Source: an uncultured virus (IMG/VR IMGVR_UViG_2687453388_000001) (Duplodnaviria > Heunggongvirae > Uroviricota > Caudoviricetes). Taken from it: a stretch of 20,000 nt of DNA. The stretch lies in the IMG/VR virus record IMGVR_UViG_2687453388_000001; one strand, 5' to 3'. The position numbers and the translations under genes were made by a program. The notes beneath the pieces are model-generated. The model was not told the origin of the DNA, did no database searches, and worked only from the letters and a program-made list of their open reading frames with translations. Below, one piece after another: positions 1 to 9,599 of the stretch; position 1 is the first letter of the stretch, and each line of letters opens with the position of its first letter.

Positions 1-245
1 TTCTAAACCGTCCTTACTACACGTCAACCTTTGCGCCACTTCCAGAAGCAGGAAACAAAGCTATTGCTTTTGGTGATTTCTCTTACTACTGGATTGCGGA
101 CCGTCAAGGGCGTACCTTCAAACGTCTCAATGAGCTTTACGCTAACAATGGTCAGATTGGTTTTCTTGCCAGCCAGCGTGTGGATGGGAAACTCGTTCTA
201 CCAGAAGCGGTGAAGACTTTGACCATCAAAGGTAAAACGGCATGA
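1..245 (+). CDS. Phage major capsid protein, HK97 fold (3' partial)
   Basis: Frame from base 3 reads LNRPYYTSTFAPLPEAGNKAIAFGDFSYYWIADRQGRTFKRLNELYANNGQIGFLASQRVDGKLVLPEAVKTLTIKGKTA*, with TGA at 243-245. The FGDF and RVDG motifs are typical of HK97 capsid C-termini. Not in the ORF track. Confidence 0.92.
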   Translation, partial: LNRPYYTSTFAPLPEAGNKAIAFGDFSYYWIADRQGRTFKRLNELYANNGQIGFLASQRVDGKLVLPEAVKTLTIKGKTA

Positions 246-499
246 TGACGTTAGAAGAAGTCAAGCTTTATCTGAAGGTGGAAAATGACGAGGAGGATTT
301 TCTTATCCAGCAGTTAATGGCAACTAGCCAACAGCTCTGTGGAGATATTCTTCGTGAGGACTCCACTTCAGAAGTTCTAAAGACGGCAATCCTCTATGGG
401 GTTGCCTATCTTTATGAACACCGTGAAGAAGCCAATCACAAAGAGTTAAAGGAAACTCTCTACCATTTGCTTTTAGCTGACAGGAAGGATGTGTTCTGA
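242..499 (+). CDS. Head-tail connector (HK97 gp6-like adaptor)
   Basis: TLEEVKLYLKVE..EDFLI and AILYGVAYLYEHRE motifs; directly follows the capsid gene with an ATGA overlap. Confidence 0.9.
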   Translation: MMTLEEVKLYLKVENDEEDFLIQQLMATSQQLCGDILREDSTSEVLKTAILYGVAYLYEHREEANHKELKETLYHLLLADRKDVF

Positions 500-837
500 T
501 GAAGATTGCGCCTCTAAGAGAACAGCTGGTCTTTCAAGAAAAGCGACTCAAGCAGGACGATATCGGGAACGAGTCAGCCATTTGGGATGACCTTTTTATG
601 CGTTGGTGTTCTTGTCGTCCTCTTGCTTTAACAGAGAGTGATGGGAGTGCTACCAAGCTCATTCACAACAAGGTACAGTTTACGCTTCGATATGACAAGA
701 AGGTTCTTGCCCTTAATTCTTTAACGACTCGGATTTACTTCCGTGACCAGTTTTACGCTATCGAGTCCATTGATGGTGATACTGTGGCCCGAAGCTTGAT
801 TTACATCGTTGCGACTAAGGAGGAGCTTTATGACTAA
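499..837 (+). CDS. Head closure / head-tail adaptor protein (SPP1 gp16-like)
   Basis: 112 aa; QDDIGN...W and FTLRY...RIYFRDQFYAIESI motifs; synteny. Confidence 0.85.
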   Translation: MKIAPLREQLVFQEKRLKQDDIGNESAIWDDLFMRWCSCRPLALTESDGSATKLIHNKVQFTLRYDKKVLALNSLTTRIYFRDQFYAIESIDGDTVARSLIYIVATKEELYD

Positions 838-1198
838 GATTGGACTTGATGATTTAACTTCTGTCATCGAAAAGGAGCTAACGACTTATGCCAAAGAGAC
901 CATAGAGACCATGCGTGAGGTGGTTGAGGAAGTGACAGACGATGCCGTTGATACCTTAACCGTTACTTCCCCAAAACGTCGTGGGAAGTATGCCAAGGGC
1001 TGGAAAAGCAAGGCAACCACTGACACCAATACCGCTCTGACGAAAACCATTCACAACCGAACACCAGGACTGACGCACCTCCTTGAATATGGGCATGCTA
1101 AACAAAATGGTGGTCGGGTTGAAGGGCGAAAGCACATCGCTCCTGTCGAGAAAAAGGCGATTCAGTCGTTTGAAGACAAATTGCGACAGAAACTGTGA
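830..1198 (+). CDS. HK97 gp10 family tail-associated protein
   Basis: ATG 830 after AAGGAGG; SPKRRGKYAKGW and THLLEYGHAKQNGGRVEGRKHIAP motifs. Confidence 0.88.
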   Translation: MTKIGLDDLTSVIEKELTTYAKETIETMREVVEEVTDDAVDTLTVTSPKRRGKYAKGWKSKATTDTNTALTKTIHNRTPGLTHLLEYGHAKQNGGRVEGRKHIAPVEKKAIQSFEDKLRQKL

Positions 1199-1206
1199 GG
1201 TGGCTT

Positions 1207-1533
1207 ATGAGATTTGAAGAGCTTTTTCCTGTTCTAAAAAAGACCAAACTCCCAGTAGCCTATCACCATTTTGAGGAAGGGCACAGTCCAAGTCCGCCTT
1301 TTATGGTTTATCTGGTTACGGATTCAGACAATCTTGGGGCAGACAACTGGGCTTATCACAAAGCTATCAACGTACAGATTGAGCTTTACACGACTAAGAA
1401 AGATTTAGCAACAGAAAAAACGGTGGAATCAGTCCTTGATGCCCACCGTCTTTATTTTGACAAGGTAGAGACTTACATCACTAGTGAGAAACTCTACCAA
1501 ACCATTTATTCCATCACACTATTAGGAGGATAA
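1207..1533 (+). CDS. Tail completion/terminator protein
   Basis: ATG 1207 after GAGGTG; LPVAYHHF..PPFMVY..ADN..QIELYT motif; sits just before the major tail gene. Confidence 0.75.
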   Translation: MRFEELFPVLKKTKLPVAYHHFEEGHSPSPPFMVYLVTDSDNLGADNWAYHKAINVQIELYTTKKDLATEKTVESVLDAHRLYFDKVETYITSEKLYQTIYSITLLGG

Positions 1534-1535
1534 CC

Positions 1536-2105
1536 ATGGCAGAAAAAAACAAGGTCACCTTTGGCCTACAAGATGTCCACTGGGCAGAAGTCACCAGTGA
1601 GGGAGCTGACGGGGCTTTGACTTATGGCACTGTCGAGCGACTTCGTGGTGCTGCAGAACTAACCCTTGAACCCACTGGAGACAAGGGGTCTTACAAGGCA
1701 GACAACATCAACTTTTACACGACTGAATCTAATGACGGCTATGAGGGAACACTGAAAGTTGCCCTCTTATCACAGGAGTTTCTGACTCGTGTTCTAGGTG
1801 AGAAATTGGATGCGACCACCAATACCATTTCAGAGATTGCCAGTAGCAAGAAAAAGAACTTCGCTCTCATGTTCCGATTTGAAGGGGACAAAAAAGAGAC
1901 GCTTCATGTGCTTTATTACTGTTATGCGTCTCGCCCAACTGTTGGCTCAAAAACCAAGTCTGGGTCTGATATCAATGAGGTAGAGTTGACCTTTACGGCA
2001 AGCCCACGACCACTTGATAAGGTGGTGAGACGCAGAACAACGGAAGAAACCAGTGATGAGATTCGTGAGAACTGGTTTAAGTCGGTCTTTGAACCAGCTG
2101 CTTAA
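1536..2105 (+). CDS. Major tail tube protein (phi13-like)
   Basis: NKVTFGLQDVH, YKADN...NDGYEGTL, FALMFRFEGD and YYCYASRP motifs; GGAGG RBS. Confidence 0.92.
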   Translation: MAEKNKVTFGLQDVHWAEVTSEGADGALTYGTVERLRGAAELTLEPTGDKGSYKADNINFYTTESNDGYEGTLKVALLSQEFLTRVLGEKLDATTNTISEIASSKKKNFALMFRFEGDKKETLHVLYYCYASRPTVGSKTKSGSDINEVELTFTASPRPLDKVVRRRTTEETSDEIRENWFKSVFEPAA

Positions 2106-2116
2106 AGGAGGAGAAC

Positions 2117-2536
2117 ATGCGACAAAATATCACGATTAGTGGAAAAACATATCCCCTGGCCACTAACGCCTATACACCGATTGCTTATAAAGAGCAATTC
2201 GGAAAAGATTATTTCCAAGACCTCTTTAACATGTTGAGTGCGGAATCCATCATGGCTCAGCTTGAGCAATTGGAAGAAGGGGAAGAGTTAAAGGCTAGTC
2301 AGATTGACTTGTCTATTTTATCTGACTTCGACATGACCTTTTTCCACCGTCTCTTTTGGGTCTTTGCCAAGTCAGCCAATCCTCGAATCAAGCCCTTCGA
2401 GGATTTCTTTATGTCGATGGAGGAATTCCCTCTTCAGGAAGTTGGCCCCGTCTTAATGTCCATGCTTAACCAAGGGATGACAACCAGAAAAAAGCAGAAA
2501 CTTCCGAAACAGCGAGCGAGGAAGTCTTCACGGTAG
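2117..2536 (+). CDS. Tail assembly chaperone (gpG-like)
   Basis: Lies between major tail and tape measure genes; AAGGAGG RBS; slippery A_AAA_AAG at 2488-2494. Confidence 0.85.
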   Translation: MRQNITISGKTYPLATNAYTPIAYKEQFGKDYFQDLFNMLSAESIMAQLEQLEEGEELKASQIDLSILSDFDMTFFHRLFWVFAKSANPRIKPFEDFFMSMEEFPLQEVGPVLMSMLNQGMTTRKKQKLPKQRARKSSR

Positions 2537-2700
2537 AAAGCTACCTCTCTTGTTGTAAGGAGACTGGCCTTTCCATTGACGATTTAAAGCATATCACAAT
2601 TGGCATGGCACTTGACTATCAGACGGATTATGTGGAGCTAAGAAGTCGAGATGAGACTGGAGTTCGCAGAGCAACCCAAGCAGACCTTGACAATTTTTGA
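2488..2700 (+). CDS. Tail assembly chaperone frameshift extension (gpT-like; full gpGT product 2117-2700 via -1 frameshift)
   Basis: The -1 frame is open from the slippery heptamer to TGA 2698-2700: KAETSETASEEVFTVESYLSCCKETGLSIDDLKHITIGMALDYQTDYVELRSRDETGVRRATQADLDNF*. Confidence 0.85.
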   Translation, partial: KKAETSETASEEVFTVESYLSCCKETGLSIDDLKHITIGMALDYQTDYVELRSRDETGVRRATQADLDNF

Positions 2701-2703
2701 TAG

Positions 2704-2811
2704 GAACTGAACACGGGCTAAAAGCTGTGTAAAAAAGAGAGATGGACTTTAGTGCAAGCACCATTCTTCCATCTCCTATTTTTACTTTGCTTTTGACGCC
2801 CTTAGTATCTT
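2704..2811. repeat. About 105 bp nested palindromic element (long stem-loop); family not assigned
   Basis: Nested inverted pairs: GGGC 2715-2718/GCCC 2798-2801; AAAAGC 2720-2725/GCTTTT 2789-2794; GTAAAAA 2729-2735/TTTTTAC 2779-2785; GAGATGGA 2739-2746/TCCATCTC 2768-2775; GTGC 2752-2755/GCAC 2758-2761. Confidence 0.7.
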
Positions 2812-2830
2812 GATGGAGGGAGGTGTGACG

Positions 2831-5800
2831 ATGGCAGGAAACATTAAGGGGATTACCATTGAGATTGGTGGCGATACCCAGCCCTTACAAACTGCCTTAA
2901 AGGGTTTGAATAAACAGGCTTCTGAAGCCACCAAAGAACTGCGTCAGATTGACAAGGCACTCAAGTTTGACACTGGCAATGTCACTCTTTTGACCCAGAA
3001 GCAGGAAGTCTTAGCCAAACAAGTTGAGACGACTAAAGAGAAACTCGCCACGCTTCGTCAAGCTCAAGCCCAAGTCGAGGCTCAGTTCAAGGCCGGTAAC
3101 ATCGGTGCAGACCAATACCGTGCCTTCCAACGTGAGGTGGAGAGTACTCAAACAGTCTTAAAGGGCTATGAATCAAAGCTAGAAAGTGTTAACAGAGCTC
3201 TCTCAGAAAACGGAGCGCAGGTTGAAACCAATCAGTCCAAACTTAATCGTCTCCAAAATGAGCAGGCACAGTTGGTGTCAGAAAGTGAAAAACTCCAAAG
3301 TTCCTTTAAGCTACAAGAATCAGCATTAGCAACTACCGCAAGTGAGGCCGATAAGTTAGCACTTGCTCAACAAAAGGTTGCTTCTCATTCAGAAATCCTT
3401 GAGAAACAGATACATAATCTGGAACAACAGCTCTCTTTGACGAAGAGTGAATATGGGGAGAATTCAGTTGAAGCTAACAAGCTTGAGAAAACACTTAATG
3501 AGACCAAGACAGCTTACAACAATCTCCAAAATGAGATGGAGGAGTTGGCATCTAGCTCTGCGAGTTCCAAAGCTTCTTTGGAAGAAACAAATAGTCTCTT
3601 AAAGGCTGATCTTCTCATGGAGTTTGGTGACCAACTGGGAGAGTTGTCGCAGAAGTTGATTGACTTCGGTCAACAATCGCTTGACGCATTTCTTGAAGTT
3701 GATGAGGGCATGGATATCATTGTCACGAAAACTGGGGCAACTGGTTCTGCCCTTGAAGAGATGACAGACATCGCCAAAACCCTAGCCACTGAACTGCCAA
3801 CAGATTTTAATACGGCAGGAAGTGCCGTAGGGGAGTTAAATACGCAATTTGGGTTAACAGGAGATGCCCTTAAATCAGCCTCTACCCAGTTAATTCAATT
3901 CTCAGAGATCAATGGGAGTGATGTGACGAGTTCAGCCATTTCAGCCAAACAAGCGATTGAGGCCTATGGACTTGAAGCGACTGATTTATCAAGTGTCTTA
4001 GACACGGTTACTTATACCAGTCAGTCAACTGGTGTCGGTGTCCAAGAGTTGATGGACAAGGCAGTAGCTGGAGCACCACAAATTAAAGCCCTTGGCCTTT
4101 CTTTTGATGAGGGCGTCACCTTGATGGGGCAGTTTGAAAAAGCAGGGATTGATTCTTCTGCAGCACTTTCGTCACTCTCAAAGGCAGCTGTTAAGTATGC
4201 GGGTGATGGGTTAACGCTTCAAGAAGGACTTGCTGGAACCATTGAACAAATTAAAACCTCAACGAGTGAAACAGAGGCTCTTTCTCTAGCCTCAGAAATC
4301 TTTGGTAGTAAAGCAGCTCCACGTATGGTTGATGCCATCAAGCGTGGGGCTTTATCTTTTGAAGATTTAGCAGGAACAGCTGATAAAGCAGCTGGGATTG
4401 TCACTCAGACCTATGAGGGGACGCTTGATCCTATTGATCAGTTTACAACTGCTCAAAACACGGCGAAGTTAGCGATGGCTGAAATGGGAGACGCTATTGC
4501 TGCAACCCTAGCTCCTATCTTGGAAATATTAGCGAGTTTACTTCAAGCTGTTGCCACATGGTTCTCTGGTCTTTCAGAGCCAGTCAAGCAGTTTATTGTC
4601 ATTGTCGGAAGTTTGGTTGCAGCCCTTGGCTTAGTCCTCCCGATTTTCATTGCCCTGCAAGCAGCTGCTATGGCAATGGGAACTACCATCATGGGGATGA
4701 TAACTGCAGCAGCTCCAATTGTAGGGATTATTCTTGGTGTTATTGCCGTTGTTGCCTTACTGGTTGTTGGGATTCAACAACTCTGGCAACATCACGAAGG
4801 GTTTAGAACAGCTGTGACAGAAATCTGGAACGCCATCTATGCCTTTTTATCTGTCATTATCCAACAGATATCAAGCTTTGTCATGTCGATATGGGGAACC
4901 TTGACTACTTGGTGGACAGAGAACCAACAGCTAATTCTTAATGCCGCAAACACTGTGTGGACAGCTATTTCAACAGTCATTCAAACCATCATGACCATTC
5001 TTGGACCTTACCTTCAAGCCAGTTGGGAGAATATCAAACTGATTATCACGACAGCTTGGGACATCATTAAAGTGGTCGTTGAAACAGCTATCAATGTTGT
5101 CTTAGGTATTATCAAGGCAGTTATGCAGATTATCACGGGTGATTGGTCAGGTGCCTGGGAAACCATCAAGCAGGTCGTCTCTACAGTTTGGGAAGCCATC
5201 AAGTCACTGATTTCGATTGTTCTAAGTGCCATTGCTCAGTTCATTTCCAATTCCTGGAATGGCATTAAAGGCACCATGACAAACTTACTAAATAGTATCA
5301 AATCTGTCGTTAGTAATGTCTGGAATAGCATTAAGTCCACGATTAGTTCCATTCTATCTAGTATTGGCTCAACGGTATCTTCCGTTTGGAACGGAATGAA
5401 GGCTACTATCTCAGGTGTCCTAAGTGGTATTTCAAACACAGTGTCCTCTGTCTGGAATGGGGTCAAATCGACCATTACAAATGCCATCAATGGGGCAAAA
5501 AATGCGGTCTCTTCAGCCATCAATGCCATTAAGAATCTCTTTAACTTCAAGATTAAGTGGCCACATATTCCTCTTCCGCACTTTAGTGTGTCAGGTTCTG
5601 CCAATCCCCTTGATTGGTTAAAAGGTGGCTTACCTAAGATTTCCATTCAGTGGTACGCCAAGGGTGGGATTCTGACTAAACCAACGGCATTTGGTATGAC
5701 AGGGAACAGCTTGATGGTTGGAGGAGAAGCAGGACGTGAAGCAGTTCTACCTCTTAATAACCAAACTCTTGGCAGTATCGGACGCAGCATCGCAGCCACC

Positions 5801-5950
5801 ATGCCTAGCAAGGGAACAACCATAACGGTCAATATCACAGATGTTGTGATTCGTGAAGAAGCGGATATGAAAAAACTAGCCGATTATGTAGCTGGTCGAT
5901 TAGCTGATGAAATGGCACGACAAGCCTTACTGAGAGGAGGAACAGTGTGA
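2831..5950 (+). CDS. Tail tape measure protein
   Basis: ATG 2831 after GGAGGT; MAGNIKGITIEIGGDT N-terminus; coiled coils, hydrophobic segments and periodic Trp repeats; C-terminal WYAKGG..PT..GEAGREAVLPL. Confidence 0.95.
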   Translation: MAGNIKGITIEIGGDTQPLQTALKGLNKQASEATKELRQIDKALKFDTGNVTLLTQKQEVLAKQVETTKEKLATLRQAQAQVEAQFKAGNIGADQYRAFQREVESTQTVLKGYESKLESVNRALSENGAQVETNQSKLNRLQNEQAQLVSESEKLQSSFKLQESALATTASEADKLALAQQKVASHSEILEKQIHNLEQQLSLTKSEYGENSVEANKLEKTLNETKTAYNNLQNEMEELASSSASSKASLEETNSLLKADLLMEFGDQLGELSQKLIDFGQQSLDAFLEVDEGMDIIVTKTGATGSALEEMTDIAKTLATELPTDFNTAGSAVGELNTQFGLTGDALKSASTQLIQFSEINGSDVTSSAISAKQAIEAYGLEATDLSSVLDTVTYTSQSTGVGVQELMDKAVAGAPQIKALGLSFDEGVTLMGQFEKAGIDSSAALSSLSKAAVKYAGDGLTLQEGLAGTIEQIKTSTSETEALSLASEIFGSKAAPRMVDAIKRGALSFEDLAGTADKAAGIVTQTYEGTLDPIDQFTTAQNTAKLAMAEMGDAIAATLAPILEILASLLQAVATWFSGLSEPVKQFIVIVGSLVAALGLVLPIFIALQAAAMAMGTTIMGMITAAAPIVGIILGVIAVVALLVVGIQQLWQHHEGFRTAVTEIWNAIYAFLSVIIQQISSFVMSIWGTLTTWWTENQQLILNAANTVWTAISTVIQTIMTILGPYLQASWENIKLIITTAWDIIKVVVETAINVVLGIIKAVMQIITGDWSGAWETIKQVVSTVWEAIKSLISIVLSAIAQFISNSWNGIKGTMTNLLNSIKSVVSNVWNSIKSTISSILSSIGSTVSSVWNGMKATISGVLSGISNTVSSVWNGVKSTITNAINGAKNAVSSAINAIKNLFNFKIKWPHIPLPHFSVSGSANPLDWLKGGLPKISIQWYAKGGILTKPTAFGMTGNSLMVGGEAGREAVLPLNNQTLGSIGRSIAATMPSKGTTITVNITDVVIREEADMKKLADYVAGRLADEMARQALLRGGTV

Positions 5951-6672
5951 TTAAACATAATGAATTAGTACTGAATGGAAAAGGCACCTCGTCTTTTCCT
6001 TTTAAAGTTCTTGTGGAAGATAGACCGAGTATTCAAGTGCCACGGTCTAAAACGCAACTCCTAGACCATCGTGGGTTGAGTGGGGCGATTGTTCAAACCA
6101 ATAAGCATCGTGAAGTGATTGAGAAATCTTACCGCTTGTATCTGATTGGTGCGAGTGAGAAAGAGGTCAATGAGTTCTCGGCTTATCTCATGCAGGAAGG
6201 ATTTTGGCTAGAAAGCGAACGCCTTAAGCTCACTAGGCTCTGGTGTTACCGAACGGATAGCTTTGACATCAAACAGGATGACCATGATGTGTATGTGATT
6301 GATGTGACCTTTATCTGTCACCCCACTCGCTTTTTTAAGAGTGGGGATAGGCAAGTTTTGAGTGCCAATGGTGTGTTAAAAACACAAGGCTCTGCCCTTG
6401 CCTTTCCTAGCATTACCATAACTGGTCAATCCGTATCAGAGACTTCGTTTACAGTAGGTGACCAGGTGATACGGATTGAGAAATTTACAGAGCCTCTTGT
6501 TATGGTGAATCACCCAGACCGTCCTAGTTTTAAGACCCTATCAGGGAAAGCTGTCAAGTGGTCTGGGGACTTCATCACGATTGATGCTAGTCATCCAACA
6601 CAATCTGTCGGAGTGATTTTAGGCAGTGGGATCTTATCGCTTACTTTTGAAACGAATTGGGGGTGGGTGTGA
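5947..6672 (+). CDS. Distal tail protein (Dit)
   Basis: 241 aa directly after the tape measure gene; GTG start after GGAGG; FICHP motif. Confidence 0.85.
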   Translation: MIKHNELVLNGKGTSSFPFKVLVEDRPSIQVPRSKTQLLDHRGLSGAIVQTNKHREVIEKSYRLYLIGASEKEVNEFSAYLMQEGFWLESERLKLTRLWCYRTDSFDIKQDDHDVYVIDVTFICHPTRFFKSGDRQVLSANGVLKTQGSALAFPSITITGQSVSETSFTVGDQVIRIEKFTEPLVMVNHPDRPSFKTLSGKAVKWSGDFITIDASHPTQSVGVILGSGILSLTFETNWGWV

Positions 6673-9587
6673 TGCTTTACTTACTTGATGGTCAAACAAG
6701 GACAGCGAAGTGGAACGGCCAGCCCCTCTTTGAAGCAGTAAGTGCGACGGTAGAAGAAAAGTTGAATGGCACCTTTCAGCTTCGCTTAACTTATCCCATT
6801 ACAGATTCAGGTGTTCATGAAACCCTTAGAACAGATGAATTGATTTTGTGTCCAACTCCAGATTTAGGAAAACAGCTCTTTCGTGTTAAGCAGGCAAAAA
6901 TTCAAGACGATACGGTAGAGCTTGAGTGCTCTCACATTTCTGATGATGTGATGAAACGTCAAATTAAGCCCTTTTCTGCGACTAATACCACCTGCCAATC
7001 AGCCCTTATGAGGATGGTTGAGGTTTGTCCATCTGATTTAGGACTTTTTAGCTTTGACAGTGATGTGACGGAGCGTCATACCTATGTGTCTGACGAAGAC
7101 TTGACACTTTATCAAGCTCTAATGGATGGTAAACATTCCATCCTTGGAACCTGGGAAGGTGAGCTCGTTCGTGATAACTTTCAGCTGATAGTTAAGAAAC
7201 ACCGTGGCAACGATAAGGGAGTTATTCTCACAAGCCATCACAATCTGAAAGCTTTTGAGGATAAGGGTGATTCTGAGAAGGTCATTACGCGCATCTATGC
7301 GACCTCAACCTTTCAGATAGAAGGTAGTGATGAGGCTACCGTTCTTTCTGTCGTTGTGGAAAGTCCCCTCATTAACCAATACCCTTATATCTATGAAGCA
7401 CGGTATGAGAATAACACGCTTCAGACAGAGGAAGAATTACGCCAATGGGTGATGGCTAAGTTCACACATGAGCACATCGATCACATCTCTAGACAGATAA
7501 CCGTTGAAGCTTATCAGCTTGATGGTCAAGAAGTCCATCTTGGAGATACAGTCACTCTTAAAAGTCAAAAGCACAAGGTAGATGTTAAGAAAAAGGCAGT
7601 TGGTTATACCTTTGACGCTCTAGAAGAAGTGTATCTTTCGGTGACCTTTGATGATGAGGTTAGCTTTACAACCTCTGGATCATCTGGGCCCCATTCGCTA
7701 ACCAGTGCGGCTAAGACCATTCTTGATGTCCATCAGTCGGTTACAGAACACCGTGCGTCTAAGGAGCGAGCTAATTTTAACAAGGTCTTTGATAGGCACT
7801 TTGAGCGTCTTCAAACAGAAGTTGAAGATGGTATCGCTAAGGCCGAAGCAGAAGGCGAGCGTTCTGGGAAGAAAGCTGCCCTTGATTATCTGGCAACGGA
7901 TGCCCTTGAAGCACGAGTCGCAGCCCTTCAAAAAGCTACGATTGATGAGTTGACCGTCTCTAGTTCAGCATGGATGACAAGGCTTGTCTCCCAACAGATT
8001 CTATCAGAGTATGTGAAGAGTTTAGAGGTCGAGGCAGACAGGGTCGTTATTCCAGGTCAACATACCCCAGTCTTTAGTTTGGATAGGGATGGGAATCTTT
8101 CCATTGATACGCCACTCTTAAAGGTGAGAGGGGAAAGTATAGTGACACAAGCTGATCTTAAAACCATCTCTTTAACTCCTGGACCAAAGGGTGATGCTGG
8201 AGCAGATGGGGTCGGTATTCAATCAAGGGAGCAGTATTACTTAGTTTCTGCACAAAAGACTGGTCTTACGACAACAAGCACTGGTTGGAGTAAAACGATT
8301 CCTTCTCTAACTTCAACCCTTAAGTATTTGTGGAATTATGAAAAAACCACGTTCACCAATGGCTCAACGACAGTCACAACGCCTGTTGTCATCGGTGCTT
8401 ATGGGGACAAGGGTGTGGATGGAAAGGCTGGTAAGGATGGAAAGACCCTATACACTTGGCGCATGTACGCAGATAGTGACAAGGGAGATGGGATTTCTGC
8501 CGTCTCAACGGGCAAACGTTACCTCGGACTAGCAGTTAATAGGGAGAGCGCAACGCCTTCAACCAATCCTAGTGACTATACCTGGTCGTCCTTTTTTGAA
8601 GGAACAGAACTCGGTGGGCGCAATTACATTGACGATTATGCCATGAAAGCGATGACTTTTTCATCTGTTACCTCTGAGTGGAAGAAGGAGGTAATTGAAG
8701 ATACGAGTTCAGTTAGTGGCGTGACTGTGAAGATGACCTGTACCAAAGCAGGTACTGGCGGCTTTCATCGGAACTTCCATGATTTACGAAGTCGAGTTGG
8801 TGCTAACATGACGTTTAGTATTGATCTCAAGGCAAGCAAGACGGTTAGTCTTACCATCGGAAATGAACTGAGCGGTACTAAGGTTGTTCAAGTTAGTTCT
8901 AGCTGGCAGCGGTATTCGGTGTCTTGGAAAGTTACTAGTGCCCAGAATCATTCCTATGTCTTTTACCTGAAGTCAGGAACATGGGTGGTGGGAGATGTGG
9001 TTTATCTTCGAAATGTTCAACTAGAAGATGGCAACGTTGCTTCAGCTCCAGGACCATCTTTGAATGATCTTATCGCCCAGATTGATGCCAAGGCAGATAA
9101 TGGCTTCATGAAGCAGCAATTAGACCTTCTAACTGAAAAAACAGAATCTCTCCGAGTGGATCTTGAAGCAAGAGCGTTGGCAAAAGAAGTGGCCGATTGG
9201 CTCAAGTCTTATAAAGAATTTGAGAAAAATAATGAAGCCGTCCTTGCGCAATTTAATCAAGACTTTATTGATAATACAGCTCGTATCGCAGCGATTGAAG
9301 CCGATCTTAAAGCCAACAGTCTCTTGCTTAACTTTGTGAATACTTATCTGAGAGCTGGTGATAATGGGGTCATTATTGGTAAGAAGGATAACTCTGAGGT
9401 TATCGAATTAACCCCACAAGGGATGATGATTAAGTCAGCTGGTAATGCCGTCATGACGGTGACAGCTGGTGTCATTAAGATTCATCATGGGGTATTTGTG
9501 GAGACCTTACAGGTTGGTTATTATCGACTAGAAGCCGCAAGGCATAATGCTAAGCATTTGGTTTGTCGTTTTATTGATGCCAAGTAG
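6672..9587 (+). CDS. Tal / host-specificity tail spike protein with collagen-like triplets and a putative carbohydrate-binding module
   Basis: N-terminal EEKLNGTFQLRLTYP, QLFRV and GELVRDNF (phage tail spike/endopeptidase domain); GPKGDAGADG and GDKGVDGKAGKDG repeats; GGRNY...VQLEDGNVAS-bounded beta module; C-terminal coiled coil. Confidence 0.88.
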   Translation: MLYLLDGQTRTAKWNGQPLFEAVSATVEEKLNGTFQLRLTYPITDSGVHETLRTDELILCPTPDLGKQLFRVKQAKIQDDTVELECSHISDDVMKRQIKPFSATNTTCQSALMRMVEVCPSDLGLFSFDSDVTERHTYVSDEDLTLYQALMDGKHSILGTWEGELVRDNFQLIVKKHRGNDKGVILTSHHNLKAFEDKGDSEKVITRIYATSTFQIEGSDEATVLSVVVESPLINQYPYIYEARYENNTLQTEEELRQWVMAKFTHEHIDHISRQITVEAYQLDGQEVHLGDTVTLKSQKHKVDVKKKAVGYTFDALEEVYLSVTFDDEVSFTTSGSSGPHSLTSAAKTILDVHQSVTEHRASKERANFNKVFDRHFERLQTEVEDGIAKAEAEGERSGKKAALDYLATDALEARVAALQKATIDELTVSSSAWMTRLVSQQILSEYVKSLEVEADRVVIPGQHTPVFSLDRDGNLSIDTPLLKVRGESIVTQADLKTISLTPGPKGDAGADGVGIQSREQYYLVSAQKTGLTTTSTGWSKTIPSLTSTLKYLWNYEKTTFTNGSTTVTTPVVIGAYGDKGVDGKAGKDGKTLYTWRMYADSDKGDGISAVSTGKRYLGLAVNRESATPSTNPSDYTWSSFFEGTELGGRNYIDDYAMKAMTFSSVTSEWKKEVIEDTSSVSGVTVKMTCTKAGTGGFHRNFHDLRSRVGANMTFSIDLKASKTVSLTIGNELSGTKVVQVSSSWQRYSVSWKVTSAQNHSYVFYLKSGTWVVGDVVYLRNVQLEDGNVASAPGPSLNDLIAQIDAKADNGFMKQQLDLLTEKTESLRVDLEARALAKEVADWLKSYKEFEKNNEAVLAQFNQDFIDNTARIAAIEADLKANSLLLNFVNTYLRAGDNGVIIGKKDNSEVIELTPQGMMIKSAGNAVMTVTAGVIKIHHGVFVETLQVGYYRLEAARHNAKHLVCRFIDAK

Positions 9588-9599
9588 AAAGGAGACTTT

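Noticed and set aside
31..213. 60 aa ORF in the track
   Set aside because: Out-of-frame shadow of the major capsid gene 3' end
4780..5540. Periodic Trp-containing repeats in the tape measure protein
   Set aside because: Ordinary tape measure repeat structure
4219..5838. Several small plus- and minus-strand ORFs inside the tape measure gene
   Set aside because: Shadow ORFs with no recognisable motifs, fully within a well-supported gene
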